A stretch of DNA of 63,334 nt, the filler included, from Basidiobolus ranarum (taxonomy: Eukaryota): the NCBI GenBank assembly GCA_040143965.1. It is 12 parts of 12 records of this genome, joined end to end, with 100 filler letters (N's around TTAATTAATTAA, not from the genome) between each part and the next. Parts side by side here need not be neighbours in the genome. Positions count along the whole stretch, not along the records: positions 21,178 to 26,368 come from JASJQH010001675.1; positions 26,469 to 31,657 come from JASJQH010001676.1; positions 31,758 to 36,942 come from JASJQH010001677.1; 9 more parts are not named here. The stretch is one strand, 5' to 3'. The notes under the pieces were generated by a model. The model made no database searches. It was not told the origin of the DNA and saw only the letters and a list, made by a program, of their open reading frames with translations. Position 1 is the first letter of the stretch; each line of letters opens with the position of its first letter. Both the position numbers and the translations under genes were made by a program. This document shows, in pieces, positions 24,620 to 36,866 of the stretch.

Positions 24620-25269
24620 TTATTTCTGCTCCAATTCAACTAACACTCCACCACAATCCTTGGGGTGCAAGAATACTACTGGCTTACCATGAGCACCTAT
24701 TTTTGGTTCGCTGGACAATGTTCTGATCTTCTTGCTCACAAGATCTTTCATAGCGTTCTTGATATTATCCACTTCAATACAGACATGATGAATACCCCCA
24801 TTCTTGTTTTTGTCAAGGAAGTTTTGAATTGGACTTTTCTCTCCCAATGGGTGCAATAATTCAATCTTTGTATTGCCTAGTTGAACAAATACTGTATATA
24901 CGCCGTGTTCTGGTTGTGGCTAAAACAGTGATTACTAAAATAGAAACGTAATATGAAGTGCAAAGTTATCATTGACTAACCATTTTTTCACTAACTTCAG
25001 CACCCAGTGTCTCGCGATAAAACTTCACCGATTGTTCGAGGTCAGGCACTGCGATAGCGACATGGTTGAGATCCCCTAATTTCCATACTGCAGAATCCTA
25101 GACAACTTTCATTAATACCACGAATCAAGCCTAGGTTCAAGAATATATGTCAAGTAACTACCTTATGTTGAGTGACTGAAGTGAAGAGACGAGTGGCAAC
25201 TGGAGCGGAGCTTCTAGTTAATAAACCAAAAGTTTGGTTCAAACCGCTATAAATTGTACGTAGAGACAT
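24620..25269 (-). CDS. MCEE: Methylmalonyl-CoA epimerase, probably mitochondrial; exons 25269..25162, 25097..24981, 24919..24620
   Basis: LNHVAIAVPDL, PEHGVYTVFV.LGNTKIELLHPLG, GGIHHVCIEV and IGAHGKPVVFLHPKDCGGVLVELEQ; Arg/Ser/Thr-rich, acid-free N-terminal presequence. Confidence 0.95.
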
Positions 25270-26161
25270 TGGATTTCGTTCGAAATAGAAACGGATAAAG
25301 GTTGGAGTAGTCGAGGGACGTTATAGTAGAATATGGGTACAGGTTGACTGTTCGTATATATATGTTCGGCTAAAAGACCTTGGGTGAATTTCTTATGGAA
25401 TCATGTGGGATGGCTTGCTGAAGGATGTCAATGTGGGAATTTCAGACTGCTCCAGCTCATTTAAACCATGCTCATTGGCTGACATTACTCCGTCGTATTC
25501 ATTTGAATCGTAAGTTCGTGAGAAAGTCTATATTCAATCAAGGCTTAGGCTCTTTACTTTCAATGATCGAGTACCCCTGTCTCCATGGCCATGTCCAATG
25601 ACTTTTAATGCTTAAAGGATTGTCTCATTGATTGTTAGACTCCGGGTTTAAAATTGATATCCCTAAACCTTTCGGCTAATGTCAAGAATTAGAGAACCAA
25701 AAAGTGCCGATGGCAATCTCTAGATTTATCTTGTGCAATCTGATAGTGTCACAAAGCCCCGAGGCATAAACTCCACCAGATAACACAAAATGGTCATCTG
25801 GATGCTTAATTTCTTGATTAACAAACTGTTTGGTTTATAAAGATTGTTGTACCATTTTTTTTGCCGCCTCATACGTCCACTAACTAAAGGAATGGAAAGT
25901 CTAGGAAGGGGACAACACAACGGACCAGGGTAAATAGATATATCGAGTCAAGTGTAGGACATCACTTTCACAGATGTAAGCATATTATTTTTGTAGTCAA
26001 GGGTATATTTATTTTTGACAGCAACCTTTGGAGGTTATATAGAAATAAACCGTATATTCTTTCCGTAGCTTTAGCATTGCAATTAAGTCAGGGAGGAAAA
26101 GAAGGACGTGAAAGGTGGATTATTTACATGTTTCTTCGAAATGGTTTTATGAATATTGGTT

Positions 26162-26368
26162 TTAAACTTCACTCGAGTTCTTACTCTTTTCTTCAATCAC
26201 CAATTCCTCCTTCACGACAGCTTCTGGTGGTCCAACGCACCGAGTGATGACTAACACGCTAAGTAGTAACCCAACAAGACCGAGCCCTCTATATAAAGTC
26301 AAGGTTCTCTGGGGCTCTCCAGCTATACCCCAATTGTCCATCAATACAGCTGTTGTCAATTGAGTAGA
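26162..26368 (-). CDS. C-terminal fragment of a putative DMT-superfamily (YdcZ/DUF606-like) membrane protein
   Basis: TQLTTAVLMDNWGIAG...R......GLGLVGLLLSVLVI resembles the YdcZ C-terminal pattern (QL..s...D.fG..g...r......G..l...gv); truncated by contig end. Confidence 0.55.
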   Translation of the reverse strand, partial: STQLTTAVLMDNWGIAGEPQRTLTLYRGLGLVGLLLSVLVITRCVGPPEAVVKEELVIEEKSKNSSEV

Positions 26369-26468
26369 NNNNNNNNNNNNNNNNNNNNNNNNNNNNNNNN
26401 NNNNNNNNNNNNTTAATTAATTAANNNNNNNNNNNNNNNNNNNNNNNNNNNNNNNNNNNNNNNNNNNN

Positions 26469-26957
26469 TATGGTGTTGAGACTGAGATTCCCTTGTTGTA
26501 ATGATTCTATCCAAATTGTCTACAGAGGGTTGTTAAACAGTTGGCAAAGCAGGCATTTTGGAAGTTATTGGTCTTGATGGTGTTTCTGTTGAACTTTGCT
26601 AAATTATTGCTTTGCTATGTAACTGGGGGATTGTAATCTCTTTGCTTGCACTAATGCTAGAAGGAACACATCTGGGTGATTGACTTATGCTTGATCATTA
26701 TTTGAGTTAGCTCCCAGCATATAAATGTGTTTCAAAATGGAAAGTGAATTGCTAGACTGCTCATGAAATAAGTGCTCTCTTCTTATTGTTTTTTTTTCTT
26801 TCTTGCCAGCAGGCTTTTGCTTGGAAGCCAATTTTGATGTAGATTTTGAATGCTTGTTTATTGGCATTGAAATATTTGGATGGTAAACTTGGTGTAATGA
26901 ATTTGCTTAAAACAACTTAAATTTAACCAAAACTGCCACCCATTATTGGAAATATCA
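26469..26957. repeat. CpG-depleted dispersed repeat shared with 48351..48655
   Basis: Shared blocks ATTCTATCCAAATTGTCTACA, GGCATTTTGGAAG, TTTTGCTTGGAAGCCA and GGTGTAATGAA. Confidence 0.7.
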
Positions 26958-27469
26958 AATTAGTCCAAATTATAGAGGTACTTACTCTGTGTCCATGGAT
27001 TGGGCTTTGTTGCTGTTATTGTGCTCAAACAATGCAAAAACCTGTGAGCACATTGAAAAGAGCCCTTTGTTGGAAGGTTAATATACTCTGGAGTCTCCAT
27101 AACCCATTGCATTACATCTATCACTGATTTTGCTGATACATTGTTAACCAGATTAGCATATGGTAATACAGACAATTTCACATGGGCATGCATATTAATT
27201 GATTTTGCTATAGCAGTAAACCCAGTAGTTTGCCATTCAAAAATTAGATTTTTGCAAAAATTGGTGGATATTGAATGATGCATGCCAAATGTGAGGATCA
27301 ATGTTTTAATATGTATGAATACCATCAAAATACCATCAAGAAACCACCTTCACACCATCAAAATCCCTGGCAGAATGCAAGCCACCAATATTGTAACAGT
27401 TCTCTGATGGTTTGGCTATTTTGGAGGGTGGATCCAATCTGGATCAAATCAATTTTATTTTTGTCAGGG
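26957..27469. mobile_element. Family D DNA transposon, opposite end (TIR about 27185..27469 plus internal part)
   Basis: Terminal ~285 bp match 16540..16816 and end at GGG; 26957..27020 matches 16817..16880 in reverse orientation. Confidence 0.65.
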
Positions 27470-27479
27470 TATTTTATGA

Positions 27480-28370
27480 CTTTTAATCCATCAGTATATA
27501 ATCTACCTTCACATCCAAATGATTGTTTGGCTTTCACTGGTGATCAGAAAAACCTGGAGTGATGTACTGTTTGCACACAATTTATGATCACTGAATCAGG
27601 TAACTATTGTTCACATTGGGCATATATGCCATTGATGTCTTGTATTAAAGTTGTGATGAAAGCATGCAAATATAGATCATTGATCCAATACCAAAGTACT
27701 CATCATAAAGCAGTTAGTATACCAATACACTTGATACATAGCAATACAAAAATCTGAAAAGTCAAGGTTTCTTTAAGAACACATATGATCATGCATTTGA
27801 ATTGACTCTGGCCAATTTCTCACTAAAAAAATATACCACCAGAAAGGCTTGCTGGCCAATAATGTTAATTAGCTTAAATCTCCCTCCTTCTGAACAATAA
27901 AAGAGTCATAATATGGACTTGTTCTCTGTGATAGTGCCAGATTGTGCTGTATATATCATATTGGATAAAGTATTCTAAAATTTATGCGGCACAATTTGGC
28001 ACTATCCATCACCCTCTGGCATGATCAATTTCAATCACATTTACTTTAATATATTGATCCAAGGTCTGATAAATCCTGGCACAATGGAACAAGTCCTATC
28101 TTGATACTCTCCATCATATATGTGCCTAAATCACCAGTGCTTATAGAGAGCTTCTTGGAGCCTTTGATTGTGGAATTGGAATAGTTATCTAATGTGGTTC
28201 AGATGGGTGATTATTGATTTGAACTGAAATCTTTTTATGAATTAATGACACTCCAGCCATCAGTAAATTTGGAGGTTTTTGTGGGCACAATCCACTGTCT
28301 TGCTGCAGATTCTGTTAGATCAATGGAGTTTATAATACTAGGCATATATATTACTGTCATCCAAATACAA
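27480..28370 (+). pseudogene. CACTA/EnSpm Tnp2-type transposase relic
   Basis: Translated fragments HPNDCLAFTG..LE*CTVC, YMPLM, WPIMLISLNLPPSE..[MITE]..PKSP..IESFLEPLIVELE and DTPAISKFGGFCGHN...CRFC match Tnp2 motifs; stops and frameshifts present. Confidence 0.8.
27915..28096. mobile_element. 182-bp MITE, TIR GGACTTGTTC, 3-bp TSD TAT
   Basis: tat|GGACTTGTTC...GAACAAGTCC|tat; excision restores the Tnp2 frame (H-N-I-L). Confidence 0.9.
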
Positions 28371-28539
28371 CACCTAACTCTATGATTTTACCATCAAGAG
28401 CCCAGTTAGACTTCAAATAGTCACTGACATCAGTTCACCAAATAGCCAGTCTGGCATCAAGCTTGGGATTAGCCTTAAGCTTAAGATCATATTGCCAAAG
28501 GGGATCAGCTGGAGCCAGAGCTCCCAATTAGGCTCTATG

Positions 28540-28887
28540 TGTTAAAGTATTTGGGAGCCTGCTGGAAGTGGTTTGGGGAATAAGAAGAATTGGTGGTTTT
28601 CACTTGTTGATTTATTGAGTAAAAAGTTGACATTTCTGGTTTTGTCAAGATGTAAACAAACTAGCATGTAGAATATGTTAAGGAAGGTCCCAGGAACATG
28701 TGTGCAAAGTTTGGGGCCTTTAGCACAAGTTTGAAAAATCTATATATCTGAGAACTTCTAAGTTGGTAAAAATATTCCAAGTAAATTCCAATTGAGAATA
28801 ATTGATAATATCTTGGTGAATTATAAGATAGCTTAGTACTAAGCTATATATAACTATATAGGTGTTTAGGCAATGCTAATTTCAACA
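28540..28887 (-). mobile_element. 3' LTR (348 bp) of Copia family A element
   Basis: TGTTGAAA...TTTAACA, preceded by polypurine tract GAGAGAGAG right after the RNase H end. Confidence 0.92.
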
Positions 28888-31657
28888 CTCTCTCTCAACT
28901 AAATAGTCATAGAAACTAATACTAACAAAGGTCTAAATTTCTCAAATTTCTGTCTAGCTAATGGTTTGTTTAATATATCAGTAATCATGTCTTCTGTAGA
29001 ACAATAATTTAAGTCAATAGACTATTCTCTATTGTCTCTCTAATGAAGTGATGCTTAATATCTTTGTGTTTGCTTCTATTATGAAATGTGGGATTTTTAG
29101 CTAATTTGATACAACTTTAACTATCTTGAAATATTGTAGTTGGTGAATTTTGAGTATGACCCAAATCTGTTAAGAGTTTTCCTAACCATATTGCTTCTTT
29201 TGTTGCTTCACAGGCAGCCGTGTATTTAGCTTCTGGTGTTGAAAGTGCTTTAGTAGGTTGTTTCCTTGAATTCCAAGAAATAGCTCTATTACAGTAAAGA
29301 AATAAGTATCCTGTTGTAGATCTCCTGTCTTCAATATCTCTTCCCCAATTTGCATCTGAATAACCCATCAGATCAAAATTTGCTCCAGAATATATGTATT
29401 TTAAGCATAGATCCACAGTACCTTTCAAATATCTGAAAATCTGCTTAACTGCTATGATTTGTTCAGATCCATAATTTTGAAGATATTGGCAAATATCCCC
29501 CACAGAATATGCAATATCTGGCAGTGTTCCAACCATGATATATATCAAACTACCAACCATAGATTGATAAGGAAATTTCTGGCTTTCATTTGAATCCAAG
29601 AATGTCTGGTTTGAGCCATTTTTGGTCAAGTTAAGATTTCTCTCCATTGGGATAGATACTGGAGTACATTCTTCCATTTTAAACTTCTTTAGTTTATCTA
29701 GGACATACTTACACTGGTTTAAAGTTATTGTTCTGGTAGCTCTATCTATCTTAATTTGGATTCTAAGATAGTACATCAGTTTGCAAGATCAGTCATTTTG
29801 AATTTGGCTGATAGAATGGATTTGATTTTCTCTAAAGTCTTCAAGTCATTAGTTGCTATAATAAGGTCATCTAAATATAAGGCTAATAAAGCTGGGTTTG
29901 TCTTATCTGGCCTTAAGTAGATACTATAGTCAGCATTACTCCTTTGGAATTTGAGTGCTTCTAAAAAAGCATCTATCTTGCTATTCCAAGCTCTTGGAGA
30001 TTGTTTTAAGCAATAGAGTGTTTTCCAGAGTCTGCAAGCTTTTTTAGGGTTTTCTGGGTCCACAAATCCTTCTGGCTGGTCCATATAGATCTCCTCAGCA
30101 AGCTTACCATTCAAAAAGGCAGTTTTAACATCCATTTGATGTATAATAAACTGATATTTAGCTGAAATTGCTAAAATCAATCTGATTGAATTAAACTTTG
30201 CTACGGGAGCAAAAGTTTCTGTATAATCCATTTGTGGTGTTTTGGAATAGCCTTTACCTTTCTATAATGCCATCAGAGTTGTATTTAACTTTAAACACCC
30301 ATCAGCAGCCATTTGACTTTCTATCATCAGGTAAGTTGGTTAAAATCCAAGTTTGATCATGAATCAAAGCCTGGTATTCATTGGCCATTGCAGATCTCCA
30401 AAATTTTTTGTGAGGGCCATTCAGGGCCTCTTTTACAGTCTGGGGCTCCTGTATCTGAGCTGTGCAGGCATAGGCCCAATTTTGGAACTCATTGAAATAG
30501 TAATCAGATCTATTTCTGCTCCAATTTGATCTCCTGGCTTGGGATAAAGGTACTACAACTTCTGGCATTGTATTGGGCACTTCAGTAGGCAAAATATTGG
30601 TTGAGGGGTCCACAGGAATGCTATTTTCTTCATTTTTTTGGTTTGAATCATTTTGAATGATTAGATGAGGAGAAAGTTGTTTTTTGTAATCATCTGAGAT
30701 CATTTTGGGTGAAAATATTTTATTTTCATTGAACAAAACATCCCTGGACTGGATTAACTTGGAAATTCTGGTATCATAGATTCTGTAGGCCTTAGTTTGA
30801 GTACAATAACCCAGAAATATGCATTTCTTACTTTCTGGATCAAGTTTAGACCAATTTTTGGTCATAATTTTGACATAAGTAATGCTTCCTAAGATCCTCA
30901 AATGTTTTACATCAGGTTTAACTCCAAACCAAGCTTGATATGGTGTAGAGTTAGACAGACTTCTAGTAAAACTCCTATTCTTCAGATATACAGCTGTAGC
31001 AACAGATTCTGCCCAAAAGTTATGAGATAAATTTTGTGCATTTATGATGGATCTTGCCATTTCTATTATAGTCCTGTTAGCTCTTTCAGCAACTCCATTT
31101 TGTTGTGGTGAATAGAGGGCAGTAGTTTCTTGCTTAATTCCATGAACTTTGTAAAAGTGCTTAAATAGTGTTGAAGCATATTCTCCACCATTATCAGTAC
31201 ATATTCTCCTGATTTTAGTTCCAGTTTCAGTCTTCACAAGTGTTTGAAAATCTCTAAAGATAGAGAGAGCTTCTTCTTTTCTTTCCATAATATAGACCCA
31301 AGTGTATCTTGTATAATCATCAATAAATGTGATTAAATATCTTTTTCCACCTAAAGATAAATTTTGCATAGGTCCACACAAATCTGAATGAATTAGATCC
31401 AATTTTTTGACAGATTTGATTAAACCAGAGCTCTTGAACAGTTGCCTGGCTTGTTTTCCATATATACAACCCTCACAAATTTCCATTTTGGTTGGGGGGT
31501 TAATTTGAATTCCAGAAATTAGGCAATTTTTGATCATTTTGCTCAAATAATCAAATCCAATATGGCCAAATCTCTTATGCCATAATTGAATAGTTTCTTG
31601 ATTGGAATAACTTATATTTACACATAAACCTCTTGGATTATATGTAAGTTTGTATAA
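28888..31657 (-). pseudogene. Ty1/Copia pol (GAG-pre-integrase, integrase, RT, RNase H), frameshifted, 5'-truncated
   Basis: LWHKRFGH, CEGC..GK, IHSDLCGP, FIDDYTR, TDNGGEY, PQQNGVAERANR; DYTETFAPV, QMDVKTAFLNG, LYLDD; GYSDANW, SKHKDIKHHF. Integrase precedes RT; frameshifts near 30260 and 29776. Confidence 0.95.
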
Positions 31658-31757
31658 NNNNNNNNNNNNNNNNNNNNNNNNNNNNNNNNNNNNNNNNNNN
31701 NTTAATTAATTAANNNNNNNNNNNNNNNNNNNNNNNNNNNNNNNNNNNNNNNNNNNN

Positions 31758-34700
31758 CTATCAAAAGTGAGTATTTGTATAAGTGTGTATTTATGTTTCG
31801 ATATTGATTGTTTTTCAGATACTTTCGAGGGGGGAACTGGGAAAAGTCCCGCTCCGTTGTCATTGAAACCTCAGTATTTATGAAGGTAAAGCCATACGGT
31901 TTTACCTTTTTCGTGCAATAATTTAACCTCGTCGGTTGATTTATGACAGGCATTGTTGAACTTGGTGAATGGGATTGTGTCAAGATTATTCGTTTATGAT
32001 CAAGAGTGTAGAACCTTCGTATTTCGAGTGCCTCACTTTAGAGTACAGGGACTTGGTACCATGGGTTTGCATCGGTAATAACAATTTTGAATTTCCTGTG
32101 ACTTCTCTTCAATGGCTGACTGATGAGTATCTTTCGTACAGTACGCTCCAACACTTCCTGGATTTTGGAACCCGACTTCGAAGACTGGAGAATGTTGTCA
32201 ATACATGCTTAAGTTCTCCAAGGTTAGAGCATATCAAAGAGACCTCCTTTTACACTATATCCCCACGTAGTCATGCATTAACACTGCTATACACAGTACA
32301 TTTGGTCTCACTGGAGTGGCTTTCGCACATTCTTTGTCTTCATTTCTGTTGTTCATTCGGGAAGTTCTTAGTTCCTTTGAAAGCGAGCAGAATGTTAGCA
32401 CTGAACAAACGATATTGAAGCTTTACTATCTTACTCAAGACCTATCAGTGATACTTCAGTGGCTATCCAACATTTGCCATTGCGTAAGTGATTTCTAATT
32501 GTTTGAGAGCTGCTAATAGATGTAACTAACAAGTCTTACGGCTGTGTTCAGGATCTAAGAGACGAGGGATTGTTAGACTTACTTACGGAAAGCCAATACG
32601 ACGACTGGGTAGTCAACGGGTTCTATATCCCTCATGGCAGTCATCTTCTATCTCACATATATGAGAAAGCTTATGAATTAGACTCATCGACATTCGCCTT
32701 GCTGCGGCCTTTAGCTCTATCGATTTTGTCGGAAAGTTCAGTACCTTACTTTCAATTCATTGACAAATGGCTACGAGTGGATATATTCAAGACCACTCAA
32801 GAAAATCCTAGAAATGGCTGGGACAATTTACTATCACAAACCAATTGGGACGTAGTAGACCCTTATCTTGAATTCTTCATAATCAACACCGATTTAAAGC
32901 AGAGTTTTCTAGAGAGAGATGGGGATGGCTATTGGGAGGATGGGTATCAAGTAAGTACGATTTGGTTTGTTCCATTGGATAAGGTTCATATCGTTGATGA
33001 GGAATTTGTTTGTCCATTGCTAGATTAGTGGTGATAGTCCACCCCCGTCATTTATCTCAAACACCTTGGCTAGTGAAGTGTTGGAGGCGGGCAAGTCGCT
33101 GAGATTGCTAAATGAATGCCGAAAAAACCACCCACTGTATGCAGATTGCGGGGAGTATCACGACGAAGGACTAGATGAATTCAGCAATTGTAGCATTTCT
33201 CTTCGCTGGCTTTTCAAGATCAGAGAGATTGAAGAGTAAGTAGGAATATGATGGTTATGCTGATAGTACGATTTCTTGACATGGTTACTCGTTTTTAGGC
33301 ACCAGAAACTGTTGATGGAGCACAAGCGAATCATGGTATCTTTGATTGCTCAGCGGGGAATCGAAAGGAAACTTCTACTACAAAAAGAAATTGACCAGTC
33401 GCGAGAAATACGCGTACAGAAGAAGCACAAGGTAGCTTCATCTCTGTCAGTCCTTCACGTCGGCAGTTCTTAACTGTAAAATATATTTTTAGGCTGAAGC
33501 GGCAATGAACGCTATGAGAGAAGAGCGAGCTCGTCGCCTAAAGTTAATTGCCGATAAAAAAGAGGCTTATCGCAAGAGCATTATGGTAAAGCTTTCTTGA
33601 TGTGTATCCATCTGATGTTGTTTTTCTCACTCATTCCTTCAGGACTTTCTGGCAGAACAAAAGATCTTTGCTGAAAACCAACGTCAAAATGAAACAAAGG
33701 GCCATAGTCGCAGAGCAAAAGCAACGTTTAACGAAACATCTCATAACAGTTTAACCCATACTGCACTGTCGAGTGACATGCTTACACTAGAAGAGAGCCA
33801 ATCGAAGGAGATTGTGGTTACACCTGAATACACTTCTGATCAAGAGGAAGTCACTGTCGAACATGACGCCATAACCGACATTGTTGAGCATACTTCAACT
33901 CTAAAGATAGGGGATCAAAGTGATCGAGGTGATAAACAGTCGGAGTCTAGCGTATTCGAGGCAGACAATAACGTTTTGACAAATGATGAAGTTCTCTCAC
34001 CTAACAGGGAGGAGCACTCGAGCAATGTCACTCACGAGCTGGACGATTCAAGCCTAGAATCCTCTGAGCACACAGTTGATGATATTTCGTTAACAGAGAG
34101 CGACTCTGATGCTTTTGGTAGCTCTCACACCGGACTCCTAACGCAAAAAAGTGAGAATTTTGTAGAACTGCTCGAGAGTTTGGCCAGACACGGCAGTGAG
34201 AATCCTGCTGAGGACTATATTCCACCTCTAAGCATTATAAATCAACACACAATTGTTCACACCTTGAAGCGCCATTGCCGATTAATCAACTCATCGGTGC
34301 TGTCGTTCTTCTTTCATGAAATGAATTTGACCGGCCATCTTAATGTATTACGACAATATTTATTGCTGGGTAATGGGTTTTATGTGAATGGTATCGTACA
34401 GGCTTTGTTTGATGATGACGCAAACTTGGACGAATTCACAGACGACCATCGACTAGATGAAAAAGCGAAGATATCGGCGATTGGATTTAACAATCATTTT
34501 GGCTGGCCTTTGAGTGGACGGAAATTGAACTCTGCCCTAAAAGCAGCACTTCTAGAAACCATTTCAGATGAACTGCCGTTAGAATTTATGGATAGTACAC
34601 GAGTCAATGAGATCAAAGACTTAGACGACCGACTCGAGTTTCTTACTCATTTTACGGGACATGACACCTCACAAATCGAAGCCGAAGGTAATTTGCAAAT

Positions 34701-35563
34701 TCATTCGAATCTTTCTTCTCCCCCTTCGAAGCTAAAGAACTTTCTTAGGCATTGAGGCTTTAGACTTCATCAGAGTCAAATACCACGCTCCCCATCCACT
34801 GGACGTTATCATCACGCCGACTTCCATCTCCAAGTACAATCAAGTGTTCAACTTTCTGCTTCGTGTACTGCGCGTAGATGCGGTATCTAGACATATATTC
34901 CGACAAACGCGACTTCAGCATCGACAAACCCTTGATGAGGCAGGGGACTTGGGATATACACAGATGCTATGGAAGTTCCGATTCGAAATTCATCAGTTTA
35001 TCAACGCGATCCGAGGATATGTGTTCGATTATGCGGTTGGTGCTACATGGGAGAATTTCTCCAGTGTGATAAACAAGATCGTGGAAGAAAACGATTTCCA
35101 GAGACAATACGAGCGCTACATCAACGCCAACGAAGAAGACTCGGAAACACTTCATATCATGGACTTGCGCTCTCTCATGGAATATCACGACATGGTCCTT
35201 GAGCGCATCTTACACAGATGCTTCTTACTGCCCAACCAGAACTTCATTATGAACGTAATAACTGAGATATTTGAGTTGATCCTAGAATTAGCCCAGGTAC
35301 TGGAGCATCCACAAGATTCGGATTTCTCGGAGATTTCAGCACTGTATGAAGAATTCAAAACCTCCCGAGAAAAGTTGGTTGCTGGGTTGCTACGCCTCGA
35401 ACATGCCCATCCGAACAACAATAGATCATCAAGTAACGCTGGCAGTCAGACAACCTCTGCAGCAATCTCCTCTCACGAGTACGTAGATAAAAAAGATGGG
35501 GTCACCTACATTCAAGAGTTTCTGCTTCGATTTGACTTCAGCAGACGCTACATGAAAGATTAA
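31758..35563 (+). CDS. Gamma-tubulin complex component (Spc97/Spc98 family, GCP6-like), 5'-partial, about 10-11 exons
   Basis: GRIP1-like parts (ALLNLVNG, PYFQFIDKWL, DPYLEFFI, PSFISNTLA.EVLEAGKSLRLL), a coiled-coil/acidic insertion, and GRIP2 (LRQYLLLGNG, ALDFIRVKYHAPHPLDVIIT...KYNQVFNFLLRV). Confidence 0.85.
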
Positions 35564-36180
35564 TTTGCGCATTCTTCCCCTATTTTTCACTTGTTTGTTA
35601 ATAAATTATCTGCCCTGTAATCCTATAGAACCATGATGTGACCAACAAAGATAGCAACTCCAACTCGCCATTTATAAAGTGGTTTGTTGTTAGTGTTCCA
35701 AGAAAAACAAATTCAGTGTTATTTGAAACATATATTGTGCCAGATTGCTAAAATCTCAAATTACAACAATCCGATAAAAATTGGTGATGAATGATCGAAA
35801 TTCGGTTATAAAATAGCCAATTAGCCTAGTTTTGTCAGATACAATTTGAATGTCGCCTTGCTCGATTTCACGAATCCCTGAAATTTTCTATAGTTGATAT
35901 TTAGCATGTACTTGGGGTTCAATGATTAGTCCTCTATAATCTACCAAACTAGCTTTAACCCTTTTTGAAAATCTCTTTTCCTTCCTTTTTGTTTTAACCT
36001 AGTAACCGTTTTCTTGTCAACGAGTTTAACTTATCACCGCATTTTATTCTATTAGTACTTCAAACAACAGACCATAGTTAGCCTCGTAAGCACCTTTCAG
36101 TTTGAAGTTTGCATAAAATACTCTAGCGCACCACCTAATAAAAACACTTCATCTTCCCTGCACATCTCCAAGTCAACAAT

Positions 36181-36866
<686 letters not shown>

